Source: Myxococcota bacterium
GTDB taxonomy: Bacteria; Myxococcota_A; UBA796; GCA-2862545
Length of the DNA stretch: 24,482 nucleotides
Direction: 5' to 3'
Assembly: GCA_039208735.1 (NCBI GenBank)
Contig: JBCCQY010000144.1
Span: forward strand, 1 to 24,482
The notes under the pieces are model-generated. The model saw nothing but the letters and a program-made list of their open reading frames with translations, was not told the origin of the DNA and made no database searches. A program made the position numbers and the translations under genes. This document shows, one piece after another, positions 15,051 through 23,567 of this stretch (its first letter is position 1; each line of letters begins with the position of its first letter).

Positions 15051-17488
15051 CCAGGATCTGGTGGCGCGAGAGCGAGCAATCGCGCACGATACGGTGAGGG
15101 CGCGAGGGCTGCGGCGTTGCGGATGGGTTCGGCGGCTTCGCTGGGCAGCGGGCTCGCCCGTGCTTCAAGCACGGCAAACGAGGTTTCAATGGCCGGTTCA
15201 TCGGCCAAGCCGAGATCGACAAAGAGCTGATGCAACTCCATGATTCCGCGGATGTAGGGAGGGCTCTTCGCGATTCGATCCGGCCAGTCCGGTGGGGTGA
15301 TCGTCGAAATCGAGCCCAGGTCGCCGCGGTGCAAGGCCACGAGCCCATGGTTGAGCACGATCGTGGTCTCGGGTGTGCCCTGTCGCGAGGCGAGCGTCTG
15401 GGCGGCGGCCAACAAGTGGTCTGCATCGTCCCAGCGACGCTCCCGCATCGCGTGTTGAGCGCAGAACAAGTGGTAGCGCCACTGTACGGCCGAATTTGGG
15501 GTGGCTTGGGCAAACGGTCGAGCCACCTCAAGCAGCGCGGCGATCTCGCGTTCCGGGGACTTCAACGTGACGTGCACCCGAACGAGCGCCAGGTACGCCA
15601 ACACCACTTCGTCAGGCCTCCGCACTCCATCATGGGTCGCCGACACCGCGGCCTCGGCCTCGGCCTTGGCCATGTCCACGTTGCCCCGCTGGAGCCCCAA
15701 ATCCGCCAGCGTCGACCGGGCGGTCACCCGATATCGGCCATCACAGGCTTCTGCGGCCCGCCTTAGGGTCGCTTCGGTATCGGCGTGATGCAGTTGCATG
15801 TACGCAAAGGCACGCACCATCTCGTTCCAGGCGGCCACGCGAAGGTCGCGGGGTGTGGGAATTCGGTTGAGCGCGTCGAGCGCGTCTTCAGCCCTCCGCG
15901 CCCGATTCAAGACGCTCAGTCCGACGCTGGCCAACGCGTCCGCCAGATCGAACCACGACCGTGCCCGAGCCTGGTCTGAGGCCTCCAGCAGCCGATGCCC
16001 CACCTCGGGTTCCCCCAGGTTCTCCAGGCGGGCGCGGCCCAACAACAGACACCAGCCGCGAAATTGAGGATCCACCTCGGTGTCGCGTTCCATTTCGGCG
16101 ATCGTCTCGGCCAATCGAGGACCCCGGGGCTCCCACCACCGATCGAGAAAGGACGCATCGGCCATCGACCTACTGGGCAGGAGTTCCGCAATCGCCAGCC
16201 CCTCATCGGTGGGAACGACCCGCTGGTCGCGCACAAACTCGGCCAAAAGCCCCTGGACCTCCGTCCAACCGGTGCACCGACTGGCAAGCCGTACCGCTGA
16301 CACAGGCTCCAATCCCAACCCCGCGAGCCGGGCGCGCAACGCGGAAGTCGAGAGCGGACGAACCGGCGTGGCCCGCGGTTCATCCGAGGTCCAGGTGAGG
16401 GTCTGGCCCGCCTCCTTGGCCCATCGGGTCAGCGTCTGCTCTACCTCTGCCATGTCTTCGGGGGATCCCTCGATGCAGAGTTCCCTCTTGAGTCCCGCCT
16501 CTCGCCACAACGCAAGGAGCAACGGCATCCGACCGGCGAGCGGCACCGGACGGTGAGAGAGCAGCGACTGTCCGGTGTCGAGTAGGGCCACGCGAGGCAC
16601 GCGAATCGGAGCGATCGGAGGGCCTTCCGGCCACGGAGGGGCCATGACAGGGCACGGTGGAGGCCGAGAAGGCGGTGTGATCTCTGGCAATGCGGTCAAC
16701 ACCGGCTGCGTCGCCGTGTCGGCCGACGCCTGGGGTCGTCGAGGGCTCGATCGCGCATCCAGACTCGAAGGCAACGCGGCAAGGGCATGCGCGGCGGTCG
16801 GAAATCGGGCCTCTGGGTCGGGATGCAGGGCCCGCGCCAGCCATGGGCCCCAGGCCCCTTCCTCCGCCCCTTCGAGCAGATACTCGACCACCTTGGCGAG
16901 GCTGTAGAGATCGGCATGCGGTGCCCGACCCGACGCGTTGCCCTGTCGCTGCTCGGGACACGCCCAACCGGGTGACCCACTTGACCCCGACCGGACGTCT
17001 CCTTCGCCCGCCCAGGCAATCCCGAAGTCGGCCAGGCGTACGCCGGACCGATCCGCCTCATCCCAGCCCACGCGCGGTGCACATCCGACCAGGATGTTCG
17101 AGGGCTTAATGTCACGGTGCAAGGTTCCATGAGCATGAAGGTGGGCCAAGGCTCGGAGGAGGTGGGCCGTGAGGTCCCGCAGCGGCAACGGGCTCGCCAA
17201 CCCCGCGAGCGTTCCCGTGGCGAGTTCAATGGCGAGCCATGGCCGCCGCCCCCACCACCCAAAGTCGTAAGCGTAGACCACGCCAGGATGATCGAGCCGT
17301 GCGATGCGAATCGCCTCCCGCTCGAGGGCGCGGTCTCCCTCGCGGTGGGACACCTTGATCGCCACTTCGGTCCCCGAACGGTGGACGGCACGCCACACTT
17401 CGGCAAACGAGCCCCGACCCATCGGTGACCGCAATCGGAACCGACCGAACACAAGGCCAGGACGGAGCGTCGATTCAAATCCGCCCAT
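15047..17488 (-). CDS. Hanks-type Ser/Thr protein kinase with degenerate central domain and C-terminal helical (TPR-like) region
   Basis: GRGSFAEVW, VAIK, HRDIKPSN, LADFG, GSPGWACPE, ADLYSL; Pro-rich linker; GGAG RBS; convergent 4-nt stop overlap with the hydrolase. Confidence 0.88.
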   Translation of the reverse strand: MGGFESTLRPGLVFGRFRLRSPMGRGSFAEVWRAVHRSGTEVAIKVSHREGDRALEREAIRIARLDHPGVVYAYDFGWWGRRPWLAIELATGTLAGLASPLPLRDLTAHLLRALAHLHAHGTLHRDIKPSNILVGCAPRVGWDEADRSGVRLADFGIAWAGEGDVRSGSSGSPGWACPEQRQGNASGRAPHADLYSLAKVVEYLLEGAEEGAWGPWLARALHPDPEARFPTAAHALAALPSSLDARSSPRRPQASADTATQPVLTALPEITPPSRPPPCPVMAPPWPEGPPIAPIRVPRVALLDTGQSLLSHRPVPLAGRMPLLLALWREAGLKRELCIEGSPEDMAEVEQTLTRWAKEAGQTLTWTSDEPRATPVRPLSTSALRARLAGLGLEPVSAVRLASRCTGWTEVQGLLAEFVRDQRVVPTDEGLAIAELLPSRSMADASFLDRWWEPRGPRLAETIAEMERDTEVDPQFRGWCLLLGRARLENLGEPEVGHRLLEASDQARARSWFDLADALASVGLSVLNRARRAEDALDALNRIPTPRDLRVAAWNEMVRAFAYMQLHHADTEATLRRAAEACDGRYRVTARSTLADLGLQRGNVDMAKAEAEAAVSATHDGVRRPDEVVLAYLALVRVHVTLKSPEREIAALLEVARPFAQATPNSAVQWRYHLFCAQHAMRERRWDDADHLLAAAQTLASRQGTPETTIVLNHGLVALHRGDLGSISTITPPDWPDRIAKSPPYIRGIMELHQLFVDLGLADEPAIETSFAVLEARASPLPSEAAEPIRNAAALAPSPYRARLLALAPPDPG

Positions 17489-17564
17489 GAGGTCTCCCGC
17501 GCGAAGTCAAACGCAGCGTCGCTGGGTAACCATGGCGGCGGCCCGCCGACGATACATCCGGGGC

Positions 17565-18560
17565 ATGTCCACCTTGACCGAGGCCGTCGCAGCGGCGAAT
17601 GCACCCCTTACCGACCCCGAAATGAACCGTCGTCGCGGTGACGGGCCACCGCGCTTCGAGCTGTACCACTTCGCGCTTTCGCTTTGCTCGCAAAAGGTTC
17701 GGCTCACCCTGGCCGAGACCGATGCAACCTTCGAGGCGCACGACATCAACCTCTCGCTGCCCCTACTCGGAAACTACGATCCCGCGTACGTCATGCTGCG
17801 GATGAAGGGAAACGTCGAGAATCGGCCGTTGGTAAACGGCTACACGGGACGTTCGAGCACCCAGACGGAAGGATTCGATCCCGCCGTGGTTCCCACCCTG
17901 GTCGACCTGGAGGGAAACCGGGTCATCGTCGACAGCCTGCAGATCTGCAAGTACGTCGCGAACGCAGGGGGAGACCTGCTTCCCTCCGAACTGGAGCCCG
18001 CAATCGATCGCGAACTCGTGATCGTCGACGGCACGCCACATGTCGCGCTGTTGTACGGAGCGCATCCGGACGGAGACTTCCGGCCCGAACGGCTCAAGCG
18101 CAACATGCCGGGCGTCCACGATCGCAAGATCGCCAAGATCGAACAGGCCCGAGCCCTCGTGAGTGACCGTCCCGAGTTGGTGGCGGCCTTCGACGCCAAG
18201 ATTGCCAAAGAGCAAGCCGCGCGCTCGTTCGTGGCGACCCCCGCATCCATGCGGGACGCGACGGCCGAGACGCTCGCGATCGTAGCGGAGCTGCAAGCCC
18301 GCCTCGCCGACAACCGGACGTGGGTGACGGGCGAACGCTACACGCTAGCCGACGTGTTCTGGACCATCTCCTTGTTCCGTCTCGCCTGGCTCGGGATGGC
18401 GTTCGCGTGGGAAGGCGGCCATCCCCTGAATCCAACGGCCCATGCCCACGTTCACGCCTACGCCGAACGGCTCTTTGCCCGGCCTGCGTTCGCCGAAGCG
18501 GTCCTCGATTGGCCGAAGACCCCCCGATCGGAGTTCGTGGCTCAGTACTACCGCGACTGA
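17565..18560 (+). CDS. linD: Glutathione S-transferase, LinD (2,5-dichlorohydroquinone reductive dechlorinase)-like
   Basis: PRFELYHFALSLCSQKVR, NYDPAYVMLR, YTGRSS..EGFDPAVVPTLVD, TPHVALLYGAHPDGDFRP, MPGVHDRKI, KIAKEQAA, YTLADVFW; full-length resemblance to Sphingobium LinD as I recall it. ATG 17565 chosen over 17304. Confidence 0.78.
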   Translation: MSTLTEAVAAANAPLTDPEMNRRRGDGPPRFELYHFALSLCSQKVRLTLAETDATFEAHDINLSLPLLGNYDPAYVMLRMKGNVENRPLVNGYTGRSSTQTEGFDPAVVPTLVDLEGNRVIVDSLQICKYVANAGGDLLPSELEPAIDRELVIVDGTPHVALLYGAHPDGDFRPERLKRNMPGVHDRKIAKIEQARALVSDRPELVAAFDAKIAKEQAARSFVATPASMRDATAETLAIVAELQARLADNRTWVTGERYTLADVFWTISLFRLAWLGMAFAWEGGHPLNPTAHAHVHAYAERLFARPAFAEAVLDWPKTPRSEFVAQYYRD

Positions 18561-18737
18561 CGCAAAGCCCACGACGGCGCTGCGCGCCTGCAGGCCCACG
18601 CGGTCAGCTTTCGCCGCTTCACTCCTGCAAGCTGATCATGAGCGTGGGGCCAGGGTCTGCCGGCTCCGTGGCCTCGGCGGTGGGCGGCCACTCAGCCCGA
18701 CGAGGCCCTTGGGGCCCTCCATGCGAGCGAAGGTCCG

Positions 18738-18920
18738 ATGCGTGCTTTGACCGACCGGCTGCTAGCCCTCACCCATCTGCTCGATCGGGTCGACGTCCTG
18801 AATCAAATCGGCCGGCTCGACGCTGCAGACGCGGCGCTGCTCGAAGCCGAGGCGCTTCACGCCCTGACGACATTGCCAGCCCACGCGCTGCTCTCGCGAC
18901 GATTGCGCGAGCTGTCGTAA
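18738..18920 (+). CDS. Small Leu/Ala-rich helical hypothetical protein (60 aa)
   Basis: GAAGGT RBS-like element; GC3-rich codons; amphipathic helices; GRLDAADAALLEA resembles a TPR half-repeat. Confidence 0.5.
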   Translation: MRALTDRLLALTHLLDRVDVLNQIGRLDAADAALLEAEALHALTTLPAHALLSRRLRELS

Positions 18921-18964
18921 GCCGAACGAGAGGACCCCCCTCACCATCGGGTAGGGTCGGGGAA

Positions 18965-19537
18965 GTGGGAGGGTTCGTGTTGTTTGGCGGCATTGGTGCA
19001 TTCTTCGGACTGTCCGGCTGCATCCTGTTCGTTCCGAAGGCCCCACCGCCCGAACCGGAACCAGAACCGGAAGAAACCCCCTTGCCCGAACCCGTGCCTT
19101 CGGACACGGGCGACGTGGTCATTCGAGGCAACACCTTGAAGGGGGTATGGCGAGGCCGGTGCGGCACCGAACCCGGCACGACCACCGCAGAAACTGCGGA
19201 AGACTCGGGCTACGACTACGGCGACTACGGTGATTACGGCGGCTACGAAGGCCTGTCCGTCGACATCGACATGAACCTCATTGAGGTCGATGACGGCAGT
19301 CTGTTCGGCGGCGCGCAGCTTGCGTTCAAGGCCCCAGCCAGTCCGACGAAAGACCTGACTTTCAATGCCGGAGTCAGTGGCCAACGCAAGGAACTGGACG
19401 TGCAGCTTCAGTTCTCCGTCGGCGTCGTGTATTCGGCGTCGTTCATCGGCCAGTGGAATCGAACCGACGATGCTCTTGAGGGGGTCTTCCTCTTCGACAA
19501 GGCCTACCTGAACGTGCCTTGTCGACTCGAGCGGTGA
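18965..19537 (+). CDS. Hypothetical lipoprotein with Pro/Glu linker and Tyr-Gly-Asp repeats
   Basis: GAFFGLSG-C lipobox; PPPEPEPEPEE; GYDYGDYGDYGGY; LKGVWRGRC beta-domain. Start uncertain (GTG 18965, GTG 18977 or TTG 18980); ORF-track start 18320 overlaps other genes. Confidence 0.7.
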   Translation: MGGFVLFGGIGAFFGLSGCILFVPKAPPPEPEPEPEETPLPEPVPSDTGDVVIRGNTLKGVWRGRCGTEPGTTTAETAEDSGYDYGDYGDYGGYEGLSVDIDMNLIEVDDGSLFGGAQLAFKAPASPTKDLTFNAGVSGQRKELDVQLQFSVGVVYSASFIGQWNRTDDALEGVFLFDKAYLNVPCRLER

Positions 19538-20203
19538 TTACGCCGGCGGCCCGTCTTCGGCCCGGGGCAGAATCCCGTAGAGCAACAAATCGGTCAACTC
19601 TGCGGTGAGGTGGGCTCGCGCTTCGTCATTGGCCAGGTCAACCCCCACGATCGCCTGCAGCGCCGTAGACGACGATCCCAAAGTGGCGATGGCGATTCCG
19701 ATCAGGGCCATCACGGCCCGCGGGTCGATGGGTCGGATTTCGCCCCGGCTCCTTCGAGCCAGCAAACCGGCCCCGTTAGCGCGTTGAAACGGACGAAGCG
19801 CCCGGCCGAGGTAGGTCAAGCGCTCGAGCGCACCCGGGCTTCCATCGGTCAGGATCGCACCGGTCAGGCCTGGAGGCTGTTCACTGGGGGCCAACCGCCG
19901 AGCGATTTCGCCTGCCAACCCCTGGGCGACGGGTTCTCGAGGATTGCCTCGGTTGGTCACGATGTTCGGAACGAGCACCTCGTCGACGAGCGCTTCCCAG
20001 AGTTCGCGCTTGGTCGCGAAGTGGCGCTGAACGGTGCCATGGCTGACGCCCAGGGCCTGGGCCAGTCCTCGCACCGAGGTGCCTTCAAATCCGCGATCGC
20101 CAATCATCCGGGCCGCCTCATCAAGCAAGGCTTCACGGGTAACGGCAGGTCCTTCCTCGCGAGGAGGACGCCCTGGCGGGCGGGTTGGACGATGGCTGGT
20201 CAT
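19538..20203 (-). CDS. TetR/AcrR family transcriptional regulator
   Basis: GRPP, TREALLDEAARMIGDRGFEGTSVRGLAQALGVSHGTVQRHFATKRELW helix-turn-helix; GEIRPIDP in the C-terminal domain. Confidence 0.92.
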   Translation of the reverse strand: MTSHRPTRPPGRPPREEGPAVTREALLDEAARMIGDRGFEGTSVRGLAQALGVSHGTVQRHFATKRELWEALVDEVLVPNIVTNRGNPREPVAQGLAGEIARRLAPSEQPPGLTGAILTDGSPGALERLTYLGRALRPFQRANGAGLLARRSRGEIRPIDPRAVMALIGIAIATLGSSSTALQAIVGVDLANDEARAHLTAELTDLLLYGILPRAEDGPPA

Positions 20204-20347
20204 GGAAGGCTCAGGGGAAGTGGAGCGGTCATCATCTCTACTTATCGCGGATGGGGACGTTCCCCCGACGAAATATACGAATGACCGAATCTCTGAATGC
20301 CTCAGATCCGGGGTTCGGCGTGGTACAGCCCTCGGCCGGAGGCCCCC

Positions 20348-20920
20348 ATGACCGCGTTGTTGTCTCTTGCGTTCCTCGCATGCACGTCTGAGTCCGTACC
20401 TGACGACACAGGCGGTCCTGTCGTGGCTTTCGAACTCACCAGCCCCGCCTTCGGCGCAGGCGAGACGATCCCACTCGAGTTTGAGTGTGGCCCACCGTTC
20501 AACGACGGACCGGGTGAAAACCGAACGCCCCCTCTGTCATGGACCGAAGGCCCCGAGGGGACGACCTCGTACGTGGTCATCATGCGCGATCGGGACTTCC
20601 GGCCTACGGGTTTCGCCGATGGACTGATCCACTGGGCGATCTACGACATTCCGGCCGACGTGACCTCACTTCCCGCCGGGATCCCCGAGGGGGCCACCGT
20701 CGCCGACCCCGAAGGGGCCCGTCAGGCCGAAGCCCAGAACTCGGACTTCTTCGGCTACTTCGGCCCCTGCTCCCCGAACTCGGTGAACACCTATCGGTTT
20801 ACGGTCTACGCCATGCCCGACCCCACCTTGCCCATCGATGGCGATGACTCCGAGATCAACGTGGCCGATGTGACCGAGGCGCAGGCCCTCAATCGGGCGT
20901 CCCTGCGCGGAGAGAGCTAA
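20348..20920 (+). CDS. YbhB/YbcL (PEBP / Raf kinase inhibitor-like) lipoprotein
   Basis: GGAGG RBS before ATG 20348; LAFLA-C lipobox; LTSPAF, GENRTPPLSW, IMRDRD, IHWAIYDIP, YFGPC, YRFTVYA. Confidence 0.88.
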   Translation: MTALLSLAFLACTSESVPDDTGGPVVAFELTSPAFGAGETIPLEFECGPPFNDGPGENRTPPLSWTEGPEGTTSYVVIMRDRDFRPTGFADGLIHWAIYDIPADVTSLPAGIPEGATVADPEGARQAEAQNSDFFGYFGPCSPNSVNTYRFTVYAMPDPTLPIDGDDSEINVADVTEAQALNRASLRGES

Positions 20921-20946
20921 CCCCGCGGGGTAGGAGAGGAGCCGCT

Positions 20947-21783
20947 GTGGAGTACGCGCTACAGACCCGCGGCCTGGTTCGGTCCTTCGGACGTCGCCAG
21001 GTCATTCGTGACCTCGAACTCGCGGTCCCCCGCGGCGCGGTGTACGGCTTGCTGGGCCGCAACGGTGCAGGCAAGACCACAACGATTCGCCTTTTGCTGG
21101 GGATTCTCGCTCCCGATGCGGGCACCTTGATCATTGGACCGGACGAGGTGCACCGGGGTACTCCGGCGTTGCGCCAGCGTATTGGCTACGTCAGCCAGCA
21201 ACAGCATTTCTATCCGTGGATGCGAGTCCAGCGACTAGGACGCTTTGTAGGTGGTTTCTACCCCACCTGGGACCGCGCCCACTTCTTTGCCCTCCTCAAC
21301 CAGCTTGGCGTGGAGCGGCGACAACGAGTGGGAGAACTCTCGGGCGGCACCAAAATGAAGCTCGCCTTGGCCTTGGCCCTTGCCCATCGGCCCCCCATCC
21401 TGCTCCTCGACGAGCCCACGGCTGGCGTCGACCCGGTGACGCGCCGAGAGATCATCGATCACCTGCGGGCCCTGGTCGATGATGAGCAGCGCACGGTGCT
21501 GTTCAGCACCCACAACGTCTCCGAGATCGAAGACATTGGCGACCAGGTGGGGGTCTTGCACGAGGGCCGCATCTTTTGGCAGGGGCCCAAGGCGGGCCTC
21601 ACGGACCGGGTCCGCCTCGTCGAGGGAGAGCTGCCCGAGGGCGCACGCGCCCTTCACCCACAAGACAACGGGACGGTGGCGTGGGCTTCGCCTGACGTTT
21701 GGGCCGCCACTCCTTCCGCCCGCGAGGTCTCGCTCGAAGCGGCATTCGTGGCCATCGCACGTCACAGCCGGGTTGAAGCCTGA
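20947..21783 (+). CDS. ABC transporter ATP-binding protein (ABC-2 type exporter)
   Basis: Walker A GRNGAGKTT, signature LSGG, Walker B LLLDEPT, H-loop FSTH; GAGGAG RBS, GTG start. Confidence 0.95.
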   Translation: MEYALQTRGLVRSFGRRQVIRDLELAVPRGAVYGLLGRNGAGKTTTIRLLLGILAPDAGTLIIGPDEVHRGTPALRQRIGYVSQQQHFYPWMRVQRLGRFVGGFYPTWDRAHFFALLNQLGVERRQRVGELSGGTKMKLALALALAHRPPILLLDEPTAGVDPVTRREIIDHLRALVDDEQRTVLFSTHNVSEIEDIGDQVGVLHEGRIFWQGPKAGLTDRVRLVEGELPEGARALHPQDNGTVAWASPDVWAATPSAREVSLEAAFVAIARHSRVEA

Positions 21784-23567
21784 TGCGCAGCCTGTTCGCG
21801 TTGCTGGTCAAGGAGATGGAGCACCACGGCCCCGCCCTCCTCGCCGGGGGGGCACTCGCGCTGACGACCCTCACGATGTTCTGGTTTGCGTCGCTTCAAC
21901 GCGCGGTACCGACGCTCATGACGTCAGGGTCGGGTTTCGTCTACTACTTCCTGCCTCTGTACGTCTTCTACGTGGTCAACCGCCTCGTTGTGCAAGACCG
22001 GCAGGGCGGCACGCATGCCTTTCTTGCCGCGCTGCCCCTGTCTCCTGTGTTGCGCTTCTTCGTTCAGTTCACGGTCGGCGCGGTGGCCGTGAGCACGCTG
22101 GTCGTGGGTGCCTTGGGATTGACGTCATTGCTCGCTGGAATGCGGGAAGGCTTGCCCGGAGGGTGGCTCGGTCAACTGCTGTGGCAGTGCGAGCTGTACG
22201 CGCTGGCGTGGCTCGCCATGGACTTTGGCATCGCTCACCTTGGCCGAATCCGCATCGTGACGTGGATCCTCTTTCTCTCCGTGCTGATCGTCTTCGACGA
22301 AAACGTGCTGGACGTCTTCAGCGAGGTGCTGTGGCACGGCGTCCTATCCGACCCCATTGACCAGACCCGCACCAGCCCGCCCTTCCATCGGATTCCCCAG
22401 GCCTTGGCCTGGTTGGGCTTTGGGCTTGCCTTGGGCCTTGGGCTCGTGACCTACCGAGGCGGGGTGCTCACCGAACGCCTATTCGGGCAAGGCTCTTCCC
22501 GGGGCTTTGGCGTTCAGATCCTCTTGATTCTCATCGTGCCCACCTTGCTCGAGGTGGTCGTTGAGTCGGCCACCCAGGGCACGGACGATGCGTGGTCGAC
22601 GCTCGCCCGTAAGCCTGTCCCATCCGTCGATCTGCGCGTTGCGGGCGCCAAGAACAGTGCGCTGTGGGCGGTGGGCCGCGATGCCGCCACCGACCTCCAG
22701 ACCCTTCAGGACAAGCTCGACGGCCCTCCTTTCTCGACGGTGGTGTTGGTGGCCGGGCCGGCCCAGGACTTCGAGGAGGTTCGCGTAGCCCCCGGATCGG
22801 CCAACGATCGCAGCCTGGTGCTGGTGGTCGACACGGACGCGAATCACGGTGACCTCGTTCGTCACGTCGTCTACTACACCCTCCTCGAGCAAGCGGATTG
22901 GATGGCGGGTTGGAACACCCATACCGACTGGCTCCTTCGGGGCACCCCCGGTTGGTTGCGCCCCGATCCCGTCTTGAACCGGCGTGCCTCCGCGGGTTCG
23001 GCAGCGCTCGAGTTCGTCCCCGACTGGCTGCTCATGGAGCTTGTGGTCGGCGAGGATGTGGCCGAGGGCGTGGCCTGGGCCATGGTCGACGCCCTTCCTG
23101 ACGAGACGGTGATTGCCTTGTTGCAACACGTCCTGTCCCATCGAACGTCCAGGGCCAATCTGCCCGCCGCCCGCCAGTTGCAGACGGCGGTGGCCGACGA
23201 TTGGGTGAAGCGCGTGGGCGGCGTTGACCTCGCGTCCACCTGGCGGCGGGCCCTCACCCTGCAAGCCCCCGACGCAACCGTCTGGGACCCAGAGGCCTAC
23301 GCCCTTGTCGTGCTGAAAGACGGCGATGCGCTGCGGGCGATGTGGGGAGAACGGCCCCCCGATGGCACGCGGTTGCGATGGCGCCAGCTCGACGCCATGT
23401 CGGCCCACCCAAGCCCTGGCGATGACGTCCAGTTCCTCGAGGTCGATTTGGATGCGGGGCTCGTGGCCCTGCCCCTCGGCCCCGGCGCCAAGGTTGCGGT
23501 CGACCTGGTTTGGCCCGACGCGACCCTTCGAGGGTTGCGAACCACGGGATGGAGGGCTCGCTGGTGA
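21783..23567 (+). CDS. ABC-2-type permease with a large C-terminal soluble domain
   Basis: TGATG coupling; LLVKE start, about 7 hydrophobic segments, QDRQGGTHAFLAALPLS coupling motif, then roughly 330 aa of hydrophilic domain. Confidence 0.75.
   Translation: MRSLFALLVKEMEHHGPALLAGGALALTTLTMFWFASLQRAVPTLMTSGSGFVYYFLPLYVFYVVNRLVVQDRQGGTHAFLAALPLSPVLRFFVQFTVGAVAVSTLVVGALGLTSLLAGMREGLPGGWLGQLLWQCELYALAWLAMDFGIAHLGRIRIVTWILFLSVLIVFDENVLDVFSEVLWHGVLSDPIDQTRTSPPFHRIPQALAWLGFGLALGLGLVTYRGGVLTERLFGQGSSRGFGVQILLILIVPTLLEVVVESATQGTDDAWSTLARKPVPSVDLRVAGAKNSALWAVGRDAATDLQTLQDKLDGPPFSTVVLVAGPAQDFEEVRVAPGSANDRSLVLVVDTDANHGDLVRHVVYYTLLEQADWMAGWNTHTDWLLRGTPGWLRPDPVLNRRASAGSAALEFVPDWLLMELVVGEDVAEGVAWAMVDALPDETVIALLQHVLSHRTSRANLPAARQLQTAVADDWVKRVGGVDLASTWRRALTLQAPDATVWDPEAYALVVLKDGDALRAMWGERPPDGTRLRWRQLDAMSAHPSPGDDVQFLEVDLDAGLVALPLGPGAKVAVDLVWPDATLRGLRTTGWRARW

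Noticed and set aside
17304..17564. N-terminal extension of the GST ORF
   Set aside because: Overlaps the divergent kinase start; similarity to LinD-like proteins begins after 17565.
18320..18964. N-terminal half of the 405-aa ORF
   Set aside because: Overlaps the GST and the 60-aa ORF; the lipoprotein signal appears only at about 18965.
20254..20266. GGGGACGTTCCCC imperfect palindrome as the TetR operator
   Set aside because: Short and GC-rich, with no second copy found; not enough support.
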